Shown piece after piece: positions 1 to 10,436 of a DNA stretch of 64,000 nt. The first letter of the stretch is position 1. Every line of letters starts with the position of its first letter. Under the pieces are notes generated by a model. It saw only the letters and a program-made list of their open reading frames with translations, was not told the DNA's origin and ran no database searches. The DNA comes from an uncultured Gemmatimonadales bacterium. Lineage in GTDB: Bacteria; Gemmatimonadota; Gemmatimonadetes; Gemmatimonadales; Gemmatimonadaceae. The position numbers and the translations under genes were made by a program. The stretch lies in contig OY969695.1 in the NCBI GenBank assembly GCA_963701965.1, positions 3,392,001 to 3,456,000 on the forward strand, given 5' to 3'.

Positions 1-1
1 G

Positions 2-1540
2 CGCGACTCGACACCGGAACCTCGCCTGCAAGCCGGCGGGATGGTCTCGGTGCCCTTCTTCGGCGCCGACGTCGACCAGTTGGCGCCCGGCACGCCTGGC
101 ATCATTGACGACCACGCGCCCGGCAACATGGGCTATCCCCTGCGATCGCTGTCGAGCCTCAAGGCCGGCGACTACTACGTGCAGGCCATCGTCAGCGTCT
201 ACACGAAGTTTGTCCGCGCCGACGGCCACACCATCTGGGCCCACATGGACGAGTGGGAGGGGCAACAGTTCAACCGGGCCCCCGGCACGTTGGTCGGCCC
301 CATCACCCGCGTGCACGTGGACCCGCGCGCGGGACTCGATCTCAAGCTCACGGTGGCGCGCGAGCTGCCCCCCGTCCAAATCCCGCCCGACACCAAGTAC
401 GTCAAGCACGTCCGGATCCAGAGCGAGATCCTGACGAAATGGTGGGGCCACCCCATCTACTTCGGCGCGGTCGTGCTCTTGCCAAAGGGCTACGACGAGC
501 ATCCCGATGCCCACTATCCCACGGTCTGGGAGCAGGGCCACTTCACCCTCTCGCCACCGTTCGGGTTCTCGCTCGACTCGACGCCCGAGACTCTGGAACG
601 CAAACGCGAGCGCCTCGAGCGCACGCAAGCGCGCGAGACTGGCTACGAGTTCGCCCGCGACTGGATGAGCGACACGTTCCCGCGCATGGTCGCGATCCGG
701 ATCCTGCATCCGTCGCCCTACTACGACGACTCGTACGCGGTGAACTCGCCCAACAACGGCCCGTTCGGCGACGCCATCATGCAGGAGCTGATCCCCTACC
801 TCGAGGAGCATTATCGGGTCATCCGCCAGCCGTACGCCCGCATGCTCACGGGCGGGTCGACCGGCGGTTGGGAATCGCTCGCCCTGCAGGTGTACCACCC
901 CGATTTCTTCGGCGGCACGTGGACGTTCTATCCCGACCCTGTCGATTTCCGGCGGTACGAGCAGGTCAACATTTACAGCGACACGAACGCGTTCTGGATC
1001 CGGCGCAATGAGTGGATCACGCAGCCCCGGCCGTCGGAACGCCGGAGCGACGGGCAGCCCGTGGTCCAGCTCCGCGAGGAGAACCAGCTCAACAACGCGC
1101 GCGGCAGTCACCGCCGGGGCGGCGAGAACTTCGCCATCTGGGAGGCCGCCTACGGTCCCGCCGCCAGCGATGGCTACCCGGCGCCGATCTGGAACGACAG
1201 CACGGGCGTCATCAACCGCGACGTCGCGGAGTATTGGCGCGACCACTATGACATCCGCGAGTACCTGTCGCGCAACTGGTCGCGCGTCGGCCCCGATCTC
1301 GTCGGGAAGATCCACGTGTATTGCGGCGACATGGACAACTATTACCTGAACCTGGCCGTCTACCTGCTGCAGGACTATCTGGAGCACACGACCAGCCCCG
1401 CTTACGGTGGATCGTTCGACTACGGCCGTCCGCTCAAGGGCCACGGGTGGCAGCCAATGTCCAACGCCGATCTCCTGCGGATCATGGCGAAACACATCGC
1501 GCAGCACGCGCCAGCGGGGTCGGCGGCGGCGGTGAACTGA
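2..1540 (+). CDS. Putative esterase (alpha/beta hydrolase), 5'-truncated by window edge
   Basis: GGSTGG nucleophile motif and YYDDSYAVNS motif. Frame is open from base 2 (RDSTPEPRLQ matches KDSTAEPRFQ of the paralog at 16245). Confidence 0.8.
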   Translation, partial: RDSTPEPRLQAGGMVSVPFFGADVDQLAPGTPGIIDDHAPGNMGYPLRSLSSLKAGDYYVQAIVSVYTKFVRADGHTIWAHMDEWEGQQFNRAPGTLVGPITRVHVDPRAGLDLKLTVARELPPVQIPPDTKYVKHVRIQSEILTKWWGHPIYFGAVVLLPKGYDEHPDAHYPTVWEQGHFTLSPPFGFSLDSTPETLERKRERLERTQARETGYEFARDWMSDTFPRMVAIRILHPSPYYDDSYAVNSPNNGPFGDAIMQELIPYLEEHYRVIRQPYARMLTGGSTGGWESLALQVYHPDFFGGTWTFYPDPVDFRRYEQVNIYSDTNAFWIRRNEWITQPRPSERRSDGQPVVQLREENQLNNARGSHRRGGENFAIWEAAYGPAASDGYPAPIWNDSTGVINRDVAEYWRDHYDIREYLSRNWSRVGPDLVGKIHVYCGDMDNYYLNLAVYLLQDYLEHTTSPAYGGSFDYGRPLKGHGWQPMSNADLLRIMAKHIAQHAPAGSAAAVN

Positions 1541-1558
1541 CGCCGGGAAAAAGGCGGC

Positions 1559-1587
1559 ACCGGCCGCGTTCAAACGCCGCGGCCGGT
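1559..1587. other. GC-rich intergenic hairpin
   Basis: ACCGGCCGCG-N9-CGCGGCCGGT between esterase stop and permease start; no U-tract. Confidence 0.5.
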
Positions 1588-1605
1588 CGCGTTGTCCAAC
1601 CCGCC

Positions 1606-4035
1606 ATGCGCGCACTCCAATACGCCTGGCGCCGCCTGTGGTCGACCCGAGGGGTCACCGCTCTGGCGATGCTCACCATGACCCTGGGCATTGCCGCCAC
1701 GACCGCCGTGTTCAGTGTCGCCAACGCGGTCCTGCTACGGCCGCTGCCGTACCCCGATCCCGCCGGTCTCGTGATGATCTGGAATCACTGGACTGGCTGG
1801 CCGTCCACCTGGCTCGCCGAAGCGGAATTCCTCGATTACCGCGACAAGGCGCGATCGTTCAGCGCGGTCGGGGCGTTCACCGGCGATAGCCGCAACCTGA
1901 CCGGCGGCGACACGCCGGAACGCGTGCGGGTCGGCATCGCGTCGGCCGGGGTCTTTACGGCCCTCGGGACCCACCCGCAGATCGGCCGCGTGTACTCGGT
2001 GACCGAGGACCGACCCGGGGGCGCGCGCGTCGCGGTGATCTCCGATGGACTCTGGCGCCGCCGCTTCGCGGCCGATCCCAACATCCTGGGCAAGTCGATT
2101 CTGCTCGACGACAGCATCTCCACCGTCATCGGCGTCATGCCGCCGGGATTCCAGTTGCCGCTCGACTTCGGCGCCGACCCCATGGATCTCTGGCTGCCGT
2201 TGGCCCTGGGTCCCGTCAATCCGACGATGCGCGGCGGACATTACCTCAACGCCATCGCCCGCCTCCGTCCCGGCGTGACGCCGGCGGCCGCCGAGGCCGA
2301 AGTCCAGGCCATGGGGCGGCAAATGATCGCCGACTATCCCGGCGCCTATGCGCCGGAGTTCGGCGCCTTTGCGCGCAGCGTCACGAGTCAGGTGCTGGGC
2401 GACATTCGGCCGACGCTCGTGCTCCTGCTGGCCGCCGTGGCGTGTGTACTGCTCATTGCCTGCGCCAACGTCACGAATCTCCTGCTCTCCCGGGCCCACG
2501 CGCGCCAGCGCGAGATCGTCGTCCGCACGGCGCTTGGCGCCAGTCCCGCCCGTTTGGTGCGACAGCTCCTCTCCGAAGGCCTGTTGTTGTCCCTCACGAG
2601 TGGGGCGATTGGCCTGGCGCTGGCCGCCGCCGCGCTCCGCGGGTTCGCCGCGATCGCCCCCGCCACCATCCCTCGCGTGACGGGCGTGGGGGTCGATCTC
2701 ACGGTGGTGCTCTTCATCACCGGTGTGTCGTGTCTCACGGGCATCGGCTGCGCGCTGGCGCCGGCGCTGCACGCGATCGGCGCGGACCTGCATACCGTTC
2801 TCAAAACGGCGGGTCGCGCGGTCACGATCGACCGGGCGGGCGATCGTTTGCGCCGCGCGCTCATTGCCGGCGAGGTGGCGCTCTCCGTCGTGCTGCTCAT
2901 CGGGGCCGGACTGCTGCTCAAGAGCTTTGCCCGCTTGCACGCCGTGGACCCCGGGTTTTCGCCGGCCAACGTGTTGACGGTGCGCGTGAGCGTCCCGGCC
3001 GCGCGGTATCCCGACAACCAATCGGTCCGCGCGTTCTATCAGACGGCGGTGCAACGCCTGGGTAGCCTGCCCGGAGTCACGGCGGCGGGGCTCGTGCGGG
3101 TTCTCCCCATGACGGACATCATGGGCGACTGGGGGTTCGCCGTCGAGGGCCGCAAGACGGACAAGCAATTTGCCTATGCGGCCGACTGGCAAATCGTCTC
3201 GCCCGACTACTTTCGCGTGATGGGCATCGCCCGCCACTCCGGGCGCGCGTTCTCGGTGACGGACGATGCGCATGCGCCCGGCGTCGTCGCCATCAACGAA
3301 GCGTTGGCCCATCGCGTGTGGCCGGACGGCAACGCCATCGGCCAACGCATCCTGCTGGGCGGAACGTCGGATAGCCTGTGGCGCACGGTCACCGCGGTGG
3401 TCGCCAATGTGCACCATCGCGGCCTGGACGCCGAGCCGCGCCCGGAGATGTACATCCCGCACGCGCAGTGGCCGCACGGCGAAGGCACCGCGTCGCGCAC
3501 CGTGTATCTCGTGCTGCGGAGCGTGCGGGATCCGCGGGCGCTGGCGGGCAATGTGCGGCGCACGGTGCAGGCGCTGGATCCGAATCTGCCGTTGTCGAAC
3601 ATTCGCACGATGGACGAGGTCCTCGCCGGATGGACGGCGGCGCGGCGCCTCGCGCTCGTCGTGCTGGCGGCGCTGGCGGCCGCGGCGGCGACGCTGGCCG
3701 CGATCGGCTTGTATGGGGTCGTCGGCTATGCCGTGGCGCAGCGGACGAGCGAGATCGGCATCCGCCGGGCGCTCGGTGCCGATGCGGCATCGGTCATGGC
3801 GCTGGTGGCGCGGCAAAACGCGGCGCCGGTGGTGATCGGCGTTGGGGTGGGGTTGCTCGGCGCCCTGGCCGCGTCGCGGCTCGTGCGCGCCATGCTGTTT
3901 CAGGTGTCGAGCGGCGACGTGACTGTGTATGCGATCGTGCCGGTGATGCTGGGCGTGGTCGCGGTCCTGGCCACCTATGTGCCGGCGCGCCGGGCCACGC
4001 GCGTCGATCCGCTGACGGCGCTCCGCTCCGAGTAG
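1606..4035 (+). CDS. ABC transporter permease, duplicated MacB/FtsX (ADOP-type)
   Basis: LGIAATTAVFSVANAVLLRPLPY, LLIACANVTNLLL..REIVVRTALGA, EIGIRRALGA, C-terminal PARRATRVDPLTALRSE. ATG at 1606 in ORF 1321..4035. Confidence 0.92.
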   Translation: MRALQYAWRRLWSTRGVTALAMLTMTLGIAATTAVFSVANAVLLRPLPYPDPAGLVMIWNHWTGWPSTWLAEAEFLDYRDKARSFSAVGAFTGDSRNLTGGDTPERVRVGIASAGVFTALGTHPQIGRVYSVTEDRPGGARVAVISDGLWRRRFAADPNILGKSILLDDSISTVIGVMPPGFQLPLDFGADPMDLWLPLALGPVNPTMRGGHYLNAIARLRPGVTPAAAEAEVQAMGRQMIADYPGAYAPEFGAFARSVTSQVLGDIRPTLVLLLAAVACVLLIACANVTNLLLSRAHARQREIVVRTALGASPARLVRQLLSEGLLLSLTSGAIGLALAAAALRGFAAIAPATIPRVTGVGVDLTVVLFITGVSCLTGIGCALAPALHAIGADLHTVLKTAGRAVTIDRAGDRLRRALIAGEVALSVVLLIGAGLLLKSFARLHAVDPGFSPANVLTVRVSVPAARYPDNQSVRAFYQTAVQRLGSLPGVTAAGLVRVLPMTDIMGDWGFAVEGRKTDKQFAYAADWQIVSPDYFRVMGIARHSGRAFSVTDDAHAPGVVAINEALAHRVWPDGNAIGQRILLGGTSDSLWRTVTAVVANVHHRGLDAEPRPEMYIPHAQWPHGEGTASRTVYLVLRSVRDPRALAGNVRRTVQALDPNLPLSNIRTMDEVLAGWTAARRLALVVLAALAAAAATLAAIGLYGVVGYAVAQRTSEIGIRRALGADAASVMALVARQNAAPVVIGVGVGLLGALAASRLVRAMLFQVSSGDVTVYAIVPVMLGVVAVLATYVPARRATRVDPLTALRSE

Positions 4036-4910
4036 CGCAACGCGATCGCCAGAAAGGCGTTGAGGACCCGCGAGAGCCGGTGCGGTTGGTAGACCGCGGC
4101 CAGCTCCGCGGTGGCGCGTAGGCCGCGGAGAGGGCGGAACTCCACGCCTTCGAGATTGAGGCTGCGGACCGAGGCGGGCACGATGGTGACGCCGAGCCCG
4201 GAAGCGACGAGGCTCAGAATGGTCTGATATTCCGAGCTTTCGTGGCGGACGTTGGGCTCGAAGCCGGCGCGCTGGCAGGCGCTGGTGAGCACGTCGTGAT
4301 AGGCGGGCGCGACGTGCCGCGGAAAGAGGATGAAGGGCTCGGCGCGCAGGGCGCCAATGGCAATGGTGCGCCGGCTCACGAGCCGGTGATCCGCGGGCAA
4401 GGCGGCGAGAAAAGGCTCGCGCCGGACGACCTCGGCGCGCGCGCGCGTCGCCGACACGGGGCCGCGCACGAGGGCGGCGTCGACGAGGTTGCGCTCCACG
4501 GCATCGAGTTGGGTCTCCGTGGTGCCTTCGATCAGCTCCAGCTGGATGTGTGGGTACGCGGCCCGAAACGCGCGCACGATTTCCACGAGGCCGCCGAGCG
4601 CCGCCGAGTCGGTGAAGCCGACGCGGAGGATGTCGACCTCGCCGCGGCCGGCGCGCTGGGCCGCGTCCATGCCGCGGGTGGCCTCGGCGAGCGTGCGGCG
4701 GGCGCCGCCGAGGAGCGCGGTGCCCGCCGGCGTGAGCTCGACGCGCCGGCTGGTGCGCACGAACAGCGGTGCGCCGAGGATGCGCTCGAGCTGCCGGATC
4801 TGCTGGCTCAAGGGCGGCTGCGAGAGGTTGAGGCGCCGCGCGGCGCGGCCGAAGTGCAATTCCTCGGCGACGGCGACGAAGTACCGCAGGTGTCGGAGTT
4901 CGACCAGCAT
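3975..4910 (-). CDS. LysR family transcriptional regulator
   Basis: ELRHLRYFVAVAEELHFGRAARRLNLSQPPLSQQIRQLE helix-turn-helix. Confidence 0.95.
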   Translation of the reverse strand: MLVELRHLRYFVAVAEELHFGRAARRLNLSQPPLSQQIRQLERILGAPLFVRTSRRVELTPAGTALLGGARRTLAEATRGMDAAQRAGRGEVDILRVGFTDSAALGGLVEIVRAFRAAYPHIQLELIEGTTETQLDAVERNLVDAALVRGPVSATRARAEVVRREPFLAALPADHRLVSRRTIAIGALRAEPFILFPRHVAPAYHDVLTSACQRAGFEPNVRHESSEYQTILSLVASGLGVTIVPASVRSLNLEGVEFRPLRGLRATAELAAVYQPHRLSRVLNAFLAIALRYSERSAVSGSTRVARRAGT

Positions 4911-4923
4911 CGAGACGCTCCAG

Positions 4924-4947
4924 ATATTGATAAAGAACGAACAATAT
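4924..4947. promoter_or_regulatory. Candidate LysR operator in divergent promoter
   Basis: AT-rich inverted repeat ATATTG-N12-CAATAT in the 73-bp gap between the LysR and dehydrogenase starts. Confidence 0.4.
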
Positions 4948-4983
4948 ATTGGTCGTCACGGCTACCGCTGTGCATCCTGTGAC

Positions 4984-6006
4984 ATGAACGCGTTGGAACG
5001 CATGGCGGCACATGGCCACGAATCGGTCGTGTTCGCTTCCGATGTCCCGAGTGGGTACCGCGCCATCATCGCCATTCACTCGACGCGCCTGGGACCGGCG
5101 CTCGGCGGGACGCGCCTCTGGCCGTACGCCAGTGAGGACTCGGCGCTGGCCGACGTGCTGCGGCTGGCGGAGGGCATGACCTACAAGGCCGCGGCGGCGG
5201 GCATGCCGTTCGGCGGCGGCAAAGCGGTGCTCATCGCCGATCCGGCGTCGATCGATCGGTCCGCGGTGTTCCGCGCCCACGGGCGCGCGGTCGATCGCCT
5301 GGCCGGCCGGTACATCACGTCGATCGACATCGGCACGGGGCCGGACGACATGGTCCACGTGCACGAGGAGACGCGCTACGCGGCTGGGTTGCCCGCGCCG
5401 TTTGGCAGCCCGGCGCCGGGCACGGCGCGCGGGGTCCAGCGGGCCATCGAGGCCGCCCTGCTCCACACGCGCGGCAGTGCCGATCTGGCGGGTCGTACCG
5501 TGGCGATCCAGGGATGCGGCGCCGTCGGCGCCCTGCTGGCCAAAGGGCTGCACGCGGGTGGCGCGAAGCTCATCGTCAGCGACGTGGACACGGCGCGCGT
5601 CGCCAAGGTCGCCCGCGAGTCGGGAGCGCGGATCGTGCGGCCCGAGGAGATCCACACGGCGGACGTCGACGTCTTTGCGCCGTGCGCTTTCGGGGCGGGG
5701 CTCTCCGAGACCACGATCCCGCAGCTCCGCTGTCGCGCCATCGCCGGTGCCGCCAACAACCAGCTGGCCACGCCGGTCGACGGCGTGCGCCTCACCGACC
5801 GCGGCATCGCCTACGCGCCGGACTTCATCGCGAACGCGGGCGGCCTCATCTACCTGGGCCAGGAAGTCCTCGGCTGGAGCTCCGACCGCGTCACCGCGAG
5901 CATCGACCGGATCTTCGACACAGTCGGCGAAGTGTTCCGCCGCGCCGCCGAGCGGCATATCACGACCCACGAGGCCGCTGTCGCGCTAGCGAAAGAAAGG
6001 CTCTGA
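4984..6006 (+). CDS. Glu/Leu/Phe/Val amino acid dehydrogenase (leucine dehydrogenase-like)
   Basis: IAIHSTRLGPALGGTR, GMTYK, GGGKAV, IQGCGAVG, AGAANNQL, PDFIANAGG. Confidence 0.92.
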   Translation: MNALERMAAHGHESVVFASDVPSGYRAIIAIHSTRLGPALGGTRLWPYASEDSALADVLRLAEGMTYKAAAAGMPFGGGKAVLIADPASIDRSAVFRAHGRAVDRLAGRYITSIDIGTGPDDMVHVHEETRYAAGLPAPFGSPAPGTARGVQRAIEAALLHTRGSADLAGRTVAIQGCGAVGALLAKGLHAGGAKLIVSDVDTARVAKVARESGARIVRPEEIHTADVDVFAPCAFGAGLSETTIPQLRCRAIAGAANNQLATPVDGVRLTDRGIAYAPDFIANAGGLIYLGQEVLGWSSDRVTASIDRIFDTVGEVFRRAAERHITTHEAAVALAKERL

Positions 6007-6010
6007 GCGG

Positions 6011-6700
6011 TTAGCGCCGCAGCGCCAGCGAGAACGTGTCCCCTTGTCGCGGGACCCGTCGCCCTTGGTACATCGGGACCTGTTCCCCGGCCCGATGGTG
6101 GTAAATGACGATGCGTCGGGCGTCGACTCGCTTGCCAATCTTCATGAACGCCTTGAGTTGCCACGGTGTCACGAAGGCGACGTCCAGATCGGTTTGGCTG
6201 GCCAACGCCTGGATGTCATCGGTGTCGCCCGGGAAATAGAACCTGAGGCCGTGCCAGACCACGAGATACGAGTAGTGTTCGATCGTCCCGTGCGGAGTCC
6301 GGAAGGGCGTTATCGTGATGCCCTCATAGGTCATCTCCGGCGCGAACGGGATCTTGCGGGGCGTATCCAAGGTGGCCACGAGAGACGGAGGGGCCACGAT
6401 CGCGAAGTGCGTCGCTGAAAACAGAGTCGGGCTGAAGTGATCGGCGTGGCCATGCGTGATGAGACAGAGGACGTTGCCGCCTCGGGGGATCTTGCCGGCA
6501 TCGTACGTCATGTAGCCGAATGCGCCCGACTCGTAGGGGAAGTCAGTCAGCAGCGTGGTAGTGCCGTCGCTGATGTGGAAGGCTTCGTTGCCAATGAACT
6601 CGAAGACGAGACTGTCGGGCGGCGGCGCCGCGTGTAGCAGGCGTGGCACCACGAGAAGGAATGCCAACAGCTTCGGGACGAGTCCCTGCCATGCTCGCAT
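6011..6700 (-). CDS. Secreted MBL-fold metallo-hydrolase
   Basis: Signal peptide, THGHADH, YFPGDT. Confidence 0.8.
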   Translation of the reverse strand: MRAWQGLVPKLLAFLLVVPRLLHAAPPPDSLVFEFIGNEAFHISDGTTTLLTDFPYESGAFGYMTYDAGKIPRGGNVLCLITHGHADHFSPTLFSATHFAIVAPPSLVATLDTPRKIPFAPEMTYEGITITPFRTPHGTIEHYSYLVVWHGLRFYFPGDTDDIQALASQTDLDVAFVTPWQLKAFMKIGKRVDARRIVIYHHRAGEQVPMYQGRRVPRQGDTFSLALRR

Positions 6701-6782
6701 AGGTGTGGTGTCTCACCGATCGTTGACTATTGCCACCAAGCAGGGATGGAACCCTTGGAACCCGGGCCGGTTCCAACTCGGT

Positions 6783-9002
6783 ATGCCCATCCGGCCGTCA
6801 TACCGCGCGGCGGGAGCAGCCGCGTGCGCCCTCTTCGCGCTGTACGTGGCGACTTTGCTCCCGTCGACCGCGATGTGGGACACGAGCGAGTACCTGACGG
6901 CGGCCCACGTGCTCGGGATCCCGCACCCGCCGGGGAACCCGTTCTTCGTCCTCATCGGCCACGTCTTCTCCCTGCTGCCCGTCGCGCCCACCATCGCGCA
7001 ACGCGTCAACCTGATGGCCGCGCTCACCAGCGCACTCTCGGCCGGCGCCTGGTTTCTGGTCACCGAACGCGTCCTCGCGCACTGGCTGCCGAAACCGTGG
7101 CAACGGCTGGCCGGCGCCACCGTGGCGGTCCTTGTCGGCGGCACGGCTTTCACGGTCTGGAGCCAATCCGTCGTCAACGAAAAGGTCTACACGGTCTCAC
7201 TCCTGTTCTTCGCGATCGTCGCCTGGCTCGTCATCCTGTGGTCGGACGACCCGGATGCCCCAGGCGCCGAGCGACTCCTCGTCCTCAGCGTTTTCCTGAT
7301 CGCCCTCGGCTACACCAACCACCCCGCGGGCTTCCTCGTCGCTCCTGCCGTCGCGGTCGCGATCCTCGCCCGCCGCGCGCGCCTGCTCGTCGATCCCCGC
7401 TTCCTCGGCAAATGCGCCGCCGTGTTCGCGCTCGGCCTCACGCCTTTTCTGTTCGAGCCCATCCGCGCCGGCAACCTCCCGGCGCTCAACGAAGGCGAAA
7501 CGACGGCCTGCACGACCCACTTCGCGTGGAACTGCACGCTGACGCCTGAGACCTGGGACCGGTTCCGCGACCAAGTCACGCGCAAACAATACGGCGGCCA
7601 TGAGCTCGTGGAGCGGCAAGCGCCGTTCACCGGCCAGATCGCGATGTACTGGATGTACTTCAAGTGGCAGTGGATGCGCGACGTCACTGGCGCGCACCCC
7701 GGACTCCAGAGCGGCCTCGCCGCGCTCTTCCTGATGCTCGCGCTTCTCGGCGGCTACGCGCACTGGCGACACGACCGGGCCAGCTTCTGGTTTTTCGGGT
7801 CACTCGTGTTCACCGTGACGCTGGCGCTCGTCTACTATCTCAACTTCAAGTACGGCTACTCCCAGGACCCGTCGCTCGGCGAACGCGAAGTCCGCGACCG
7901 CGACTATTTCTACCTGTGGAGCTTCAGCGCGATGAGCGTCTGGATCGCGCTCGGCCTCGTCACACTATGGGAAACCTGTGCAACGCTCCGCGTTGCCAGG
8001 TCCCCAGTCGGTTGGACAGATCTCGGCTCCGCCCAGATCCTGGGCGCCGGTCGCCGTTGGCTCGCGGCTTCGCCGGTGCTGCTCCTCGCCGGCGTGCCGT
8101 TCGTCGCCAACTTCCACGCTGCCCCGCGCGCCGAGCAGGTCGTCACCCGCGATGTCGCCATCGACCTCCTGAACTCGGTGGAACCCTACGGCATTCTGGT
8201 CACCGGCGGCGACAATGATCTCTTCCCGCTCTGGTACGCCCAGGAGGTAGAAGGCGTCCGGCGCGACGTGCTGTGCGTCACCACGTCGCTGCTCGGCACC
8301 GAGTGGTACGCCGGGCAGCTGCTCCGGCGTCCGGTGTACCCGTACGACGCGGCGCACGGACCCGCGGCCTATCGCGGCCGCCTGTGGCCCAAGCCCACCC
8401 GGCCGCTGTTCACGATGTCGCTTGCCGACACCCGACACGTGCCGGACTTCGTGCCGCTGGCCCAGGCGGTGACGTTCCACAAGCCCGGCACCGCCCTCGT
8501 CGCCACGGTGGATCCGAAACGATTGCCATTCGGCGGCCTGACCCGCGCCAATGTGTTCGTGCTGCACATGATCGCCGACGGCAGCGAACGGCCCGTCTAC
8601 ATCAGCACGACCTATGGGAACTACGGATCGACGCTGGGCTTGGACTCGCATCTCCTCACGCAGGGGTTCGCTCGCAAGGTCGTCGACGACACGCCCGTCG
8701 CCACGCGCGACACGGTCATGGTGCCCAGCGACGGATGGATGGACACCAGCCGCTCCAACGCGCTGTGGCGCGAGGCGCGCGGACCGGCGACGATCGTCCG
8801 GCATACCGGCTGGAGCGATCCCGCGTCGGTGGGCATGCCGTTGCTCTACGTGTTCCGTGGCTACGCGCTGGCCGAGGCCCTGTCAGTCCGGCACGAGCCT
8901 GGCGACGACCAGCAGGTCAACGCCGTCATGCAACAGCTTCATGGTATGGCCAACGCCCTGGGCGCGAACGATCTGTTTTCTCCACGGGCCAGCAGTCGCT
9001 GA
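6783..9002 (+). CDS. DUF2723 / TMEM260-like membrane glycosyltransferase
   Basis: WDTSEY..LGIPHPPGNPFF, EVRDRDYFY, GDNDLFPLWYAQEVEGVRRDV, many transmembrane segments. Confidence 0.85.
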   Translation: MPIRPSYRAAGAAACALFALYVATLLPSTAMWDTSEYLTAAHVLGIPHPPGNPFFVLIGHVFSLLPVAPTIAQRVNLMAALTSALSAGAWFLVTERVLAHWLPKPWQRLAGATVAVLVGGTAFTVWSQSVVNEKVYTVSLLFFAIVAWLVILWSDDPDAPGAERLLVLSVFLIALGYTNHPAGFLVAPAVAVAILARRARLLVDPRFLGKCAAVFALGLTPFLFEPIRAGNLPALNEGETTACTTHFAWNCTLTPETWDRFRDQVTRKQYGGHELVERQAPFTGQIAMYWMYFKWQWMRDVTGAHPGLQSGLAALFLMLALLGGYAHWRHDRASFWFFGSLVFTVTLALVYYLNFKYGYSQDPSLGEREVRDRDYFYLWSFSAMSVWIALGLVTLWETCATLRVARSPVGWTDLGSAQILGAGRRWLAASPVLLLAGVPFVANFHAAPRAEQVVTRDVAIDLLNSVEPYGILVTGGDNDLFPLWYAQEVEGVRRDVLCVTTSLLGTEWYAGQLLRRPVYPYDAAHGPAAYRGRLWPKPTRPLFTMSLADTRHVPDFVPLAQAVTFHKPGTALVATVDPKRLPFGGLTRANVFVLHMIADGSERPVYISTTYGNYGSTLGLDSHLLTQGFARKVVDDTPVATRDTVMVPSDGWMDTSRSNALWREARGPATIVRHTGWSDPASVGMPLLYVFRGYALAEALSVRHEPGDDQQVNAVMQQLHGMANALGANDLFSPRASSR
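7973..8039 (+). repeat. Two-hairpin palindromic element, in-frame copy inside DUF2723 gene
   Basis: ACCTGTGCAACGCTCCGCGTTGCCAGGTCCCCAGTCGGTTGGACAGATCTCGGCTCCGCCCAGATC aligns with the unit of the 15070-15600 array. Confidence 0.85.
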
Positions 9003-9049
9003 CAGTCGAGCTTGCTCCGACGGGCCCCGGCGTGTTAACAAGCACGCCC

Positions 9050-9844
9050 ATGAAAACATCTCTTCGAGCCATCGCGCTACTCCTGATCGCGAGCGCCCCG
9101 GTGCGCGCGCAATCCGATCTCGCCAAAGAGGGCGTCGTCCTCGACTTGCACGGCCATTACGCCGAGGCACGCGCCGATTTCCAGAAGGTGCTCGACGCGG
9201 CGCCAGATTCGACCAAGTCCCGGGCGCGACGGACGCTGGCGGTCTCGTACGCGTTCACCTGCGACATCCCGCACGTCAAACAGTACGAGCACCAGGTGAT
9301 TGACCCGCAGATGACCGCGGGGAACTACCTCGCGGCGGCCGACGTCGACAACGAGTTGGCGCGCATCCTCCTCGAGTGCGGCGACCTGAATGGCGCCTTG
9401 GAGACGTACCGGGCGGGTCACGACGCCGCCCTCCGCGCGCCGGCGCTGTCCGACACCGCCCGCGATCTGTGGAACTTCCGGTGGGAGCACGCCCAAGCGC
9501 GCATCGCCGCGCGCCGCGGGAACAAGGCGGACGCCGCCCAGCACGTCGCGCAGGCCAAGGCCATTCTCGACAAGGGCACGAACCCGGACCAGAAGCGCTT
9601 CTATCCCTATCTCACGGGCTACGTCGCCCTTTATACCGGCGACTATCCCACGGCGATCGCCGATCTCCAGCAGGCGGATCAACACGATCCCTTTATTCTC
9701 GTCTTGCTCGCCCAGGCCTACGAGAAATCGGGCGACAAAGCCCAGGCCATCACGTACTATCGCAAAGCGCTGGAAAGCGATGCGCACAACCCACCGAACG
9801 CGTTCGCCCGCCCGCTGGCCAAGCGCAAGGTGGCCGCGACCTAA
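9050..9844 (+). CDS. Secreted tetratricopeptide-repeat protein
   Basis: Signal peptide MKTSLRAIALLLIASAPVRA; TPR-like helices (LAQAYEKSGDKAQAITYYRKAL). Confidence 0.8.
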   Translation: MKTSLRAIALLLIASAPVRAQSDLAKEGVVLDLHGHYAEARADFQKVLDAAPDSTKSRARRTLAVSYAFTCDIPHVKQYEHQVIDPQMTAGNYLAAADVDNELARILLECGDLNGALETYRAGHDAALRAPALSDTARDLWNFRWEHAQARIAARRGNKADAAQHVAQAKAILDKGTNPDQKRFYPYLTGYVALYTGDYPTAIADLQQADQHDPFILVLLAQAYEKSGDKAQAITYYRKALESDAHNPPNAFARPLAKRKVAAT

Positions 9845-9884
9845 CGGTCTTGCGTTGGGGCGTGACGCGCGATAAAACATCAGT

Positions 9885-10415
9885 ATGATCAAAATCATAT
9901 CGAATCTCGCGCTGCTGCTCGCGACCGCCGTAGCCGGTATCGCCCCGGCATCGGCGCTGGCGCAACCGTCGGACTTCAAGAAGCCGAGCGATGCGGAGCT
10001 CAAGAAAAAACTCACGCCCGTCCAGTATCAGGTGACGCAGAAGGCCGCGACGGAGTTCGCGTTCCGGAATGAGTACTGGGACAACCACGAGCCCGGCATC
10101 TACGTCGACATCGTGTCGGGCGAGCCGTTGTTCAGCTCCACCGACAAGTTCGACTCCGGCACCGGTTGGCCGAGCTTCACCAAGCCGTTGGAGCCGGCCG
10201 ATATCAAGACCAAGACGGACCGGTCTGTGATGGAGGTCCGGACCGAGGTGATCTCGGTACACGCCGGTTCGCACCTGGGTCACGTGTTCGACGATGGGCC
10301 CGCGCCCACGGGACTCCGATACTGCATGAACTCGGCGGCGATGCGCTTCATCCCCGCCGACAGCCTGGAAGCCGAGGGCTACGGCAAGTACGCGAGCTTG
10401 TTCAAGACCAAATAG
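9885..10415 (+). CDS. msrB: Peptide-methionine (R)-S-oxide reductase with signal peptide
   Basis: [31 protein letters not shown]. Confidence 0.95.
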   Translation: MIKIISNLALLLATAVAGIAPASALAQPSDFKKPSDAELKKKLTPVQYQVTQKAATEFAFRNEYWDNHEPGIYVDIVSGEPLFSSTDKFDSGTGWPSFTKPLEPADIKTKTDRSVMEVRTEVISVHAGSHLGHVFDDGPAPTGLRYCMNSAAMRFIPADSLEAEGYGKYASLFKTK

Positions 10416-10436
10416 AGGCTGCCAGAGACGGCAGCA

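Noticed and set aside
1735..5970. 1411-aa minus-strand ORF and other long antisense ORFs (e.g. 55301-57511, 62801-63994, 5' part of 41256-44852)
   Set aside because: Shadow frames of well-supported genes in high-GC DNA; Arg/Ala-rich with no recognisable motifs.
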